A stretch of DNA of 62,988 bases, the filler included, from Hyphochytrium catenoides (Eukaryota > Protista > Hyphochytriomycota), in NCBI GenBank assembly GCA_900088475.1. It is 6 parts of 6 records of this genome, joined end to end, with 100 filler letters (N's around TTAATTAATTAA, not from the genome) between each part and the next. Parts side by side here need not be neighbours in the genome. Positions count along the whole stretch, not along the records: positions 59,355 to 61,446 come from FLMG01001984.1; positions 61,547 to 62,988 come from FLMG01002139.1; 4 more parts are not named here. One strand, given 5' to 3'. Numbering within the stretch: the first letter of the stretch is position 1; each line of letters begins with the position of its first letter. The notes beneath the pieces were generated by a model. It was given only the letters and a program-made list of their open reading frames with translations. It had not been told where the DNA came from and did no database searches. Shown here piece by piece: positions 60,773 through 62,988 of this stretch. Made by a program: the position numbers and the translations under genes.

Positions 60773-61349
60773 CCCAGCAATTAGGATCTCACGTTGTTTG
60801 CTCTGTACGTGACGTCTTACATCCGGGCACACAGCGACTGCAGGCAGTTTCAAGGGTCCCTGAGTACAAGCTGAGGGGTTCCTCGGGTGCCTATGGCAAC
60901 ATTTCCCTCTCTCTCTCTTTTTCTCTCTCTCTCTCTCTTGTTCTCCTCTCTCTCTCTCTTTGTTTCTCTTGTCTCCGATACTAAATATAAGTAAAGATTT
61001 TTACATTCAATGTACGCATGTGTTTCCTTGGTCCGGCGGCAACGCTGTCTCTCTCTCTCTCTCTCTCCCTGTCTTCTCTCGTCCGAGCCACGCTGCTCTG
61101 TCTTCTATCTCTTCTACAGCTTCCAGGCATTTTCTCGGGTGCGTTTCCGTCTCTCTACATGCACTTGTCTTCTCCCACTTAACAATAAAGAGAAGAGGCC
61201 CGCGCCAGACTGCTTCTCTCTCTCTTCTTCTCTTTCTTCCTCTCTCTCTCTCTCTCCAATATCGCGGCCAAAGTATTGTACCTTCTCCTTTTAAACACCG
61301 CGCCTCACCTGTAGAGAGAAGAGGAGTTCTCCTCTTGTATGGAGAGCGA

Positions 61350-61380
<31 letters not shown>

Positions 61381-62988
61381 AAGAATGGCGGGGAGAGAGG
61401 AACAAAAAGAGAGAGAGAGAGAGAGAAAGAGACAGTGAGAGAGAAANNNNNNNNNNNNNNNNNNNNNNNNNNNNNNNNNNNNNNNNNNNNTTAATTAATT
61501 AANNNNNNNNNNNNNNNNNNNNNNNNNNNNNNNNNNNNNNNNNNNNTCTCTCTCTCTCTCTCTCTTCTCTCTCTGTCTCTCTCTCTCTCTGTTTCTCTCT
61601 CTCTGTCTCTCTTCTCTCTCCTTCTCTCTCTCTCTCTGATCGCTTACCCCTCGTCCCGCTTCTCTTCTTCCCTCTCTCTCTCCCTCTCTCTCGCTCTGTC
61701 TCCGTCTCGCTCTCTCCCTCCCACGCTCTTTGTCTTTTCTGTCTTCCTCAGGAGCCCCAACGGGTGCACGATATCCTTATCTTCGGAAGCCTGACTTGGA
61801 CTGGGACGTGGACAGCTCCACAGTGGGTGAGTCATGCCTCTAACATTATCAATGAGTAAGCAAACTCACTATCCTCTTTACCTTTAATTTTCGGTAGAGG
61901 TCTCTCCAGGGCACAGAATCTACATCTGCAGGAAGAATGAGATTCGGGGGGAGAAAGAGAGTGAGAGAGAAAGAGAGAGAGAAGAGGAAGAAGAAGAAGA
62001 GGAGGAAGAAAATGAGCAAGAAGAAGAAAATTAAGGAGATATGACGAGCTATCTAGTGTGAGTGAGAAAGAGAGAAGAGAGAGACACAAAAGAGAGAGAG
62101 AGAGAATGTAGGCGAGAACGACAGGGAGGAGAGGTGTTTGCCTGAGATCATTTCTCTAAGAAGATGCGACGCATGGGTCTTCATCTGGTTATTTCTCTCT
62201 ACATCCTTTCTCTCTCTTTTTCTGTGTCTCCTCGAGGAACTACCTTTTAGCGACAAAGGATGAGATTAGATGATGGAGGGAGAGCTATAAAGAGAGAGAG
62301 AGAAGAGAGACGACAAGGAAAAAGTAGGAGAAGTAAGAAGTGCTGCCCCAGTACGGTGAGTGAGAAATAACAAGCACAAGAGAGTAAAGGCGCTGGGAAG
62401 AAAGAGAAAGAGAGGACACTGTCAGCATGGACTGTATGGATACAAAGCTCTCAGGCTTGGAAGAGATGCTGAGGCAGAATAGAACGCAGAGAGAGGAGAG
62501 AAAAAGAGAGAGAGAAGAGAGAGNNNNNNNNNNNNNNNNNNNNNNNNNNNNNNNNNNNNNNNNNNNNGAGAGAGAGAGAGAGGGGGAGGGAGAGAGACAG
62601 AGAGACAGAAAGAAGAGAGAGAAAGCTGAGAAAAAGAGGATTTTTCAGCTTTTTCACTCCAAAAAAAAGCGTTACAAAGATGGTCGCTAACGTTAGAAAG
62701 CTCAAAAGATTATTTTCGGGAGCAGATACAGCTGATAAAGACAGAGGGTAGATACATGTGTAGAGTAGCAGTTAAGGTTAAGCGAGTGCGAGACAGAGCG
62801 AGCATAGCTGCTTCACTGGGAAGACCGAAGATTGAAAGGCCTCACAGTGTCCACAGTAAAAAGATAGAGACAGAGGAGAGAGAGATGGAGAAGACTTAGG
62901 ATGAGCCAGAAAGTAAGCGGCAGACAGAGATAGAGAAAAAGACAGAGAAGACCAAAGACAGAAGAACGAGAGAGAGAGAGAGGAGAGA

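Noticed and set aside
1-62988. tRNA, rRNA, snRNA genes or CRISPR arrays
   Set aside because: No recognisable signatures seen on manual reading; not excluded without tRNAscan or Infernal.

Overview
Intron-rich eukaryotic nuclear DNA, probably from a stramenopile protist. That placement is inferred from the style of eS6, mL59, the ion-channel-type cyclase and the Apple-domain protein; no database search was run. (GA)n/(CT)n microsatellites are dense, so most short ORFs in the supplied track (SLSL/RERE) are artefacts. The window is six unrelated contigs joined by N-TTAATTAATTAA-N linkers, so adjacency across linkers means nothing. Genes were rebuilt by hand from GT-AG splice sites. Contig 1 (1-31284): class I cyclic-nucleotide phosphodiesterase, GT49 (LARGE/B4GAT1-like) glycosyltransferase, five-WW-domain protein, a large collagen/PGRS-like Gly-rich protein, two poorly resolved orphan genes, RPS6, and the 3' part of a class III nucleotidyl cyclase. 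Contig 2 (31385-54638): RsmH/METTL15, an intronless PX+OTU protein, a secreted PAN/Apple + Cys-repeat protein, mL59, CLP1, a divergent FEX/Fluc-like membrane protein, and a partial PAQR. Contig 3: part of an ANTH-like + ArfGAP fusion gene. Contig 4: the left end of an internally deleted hAT transposon with an Ac-like TIR. Contig 5: a DUF2431/BMT5-like fragment. Contig 6: unassigned. The most notable signals are a cyclase lacking both metal-binding aspartates, the PX-OTU and ANTH-ArfGAP fusions, WW domains built from a repeated 35-nt micro-exon module, the collagen/PGRS-like protein, and introns with GA-rich 5' and CT-rich 3' halves. No single clear multi-gene novel system could be demonstrated.
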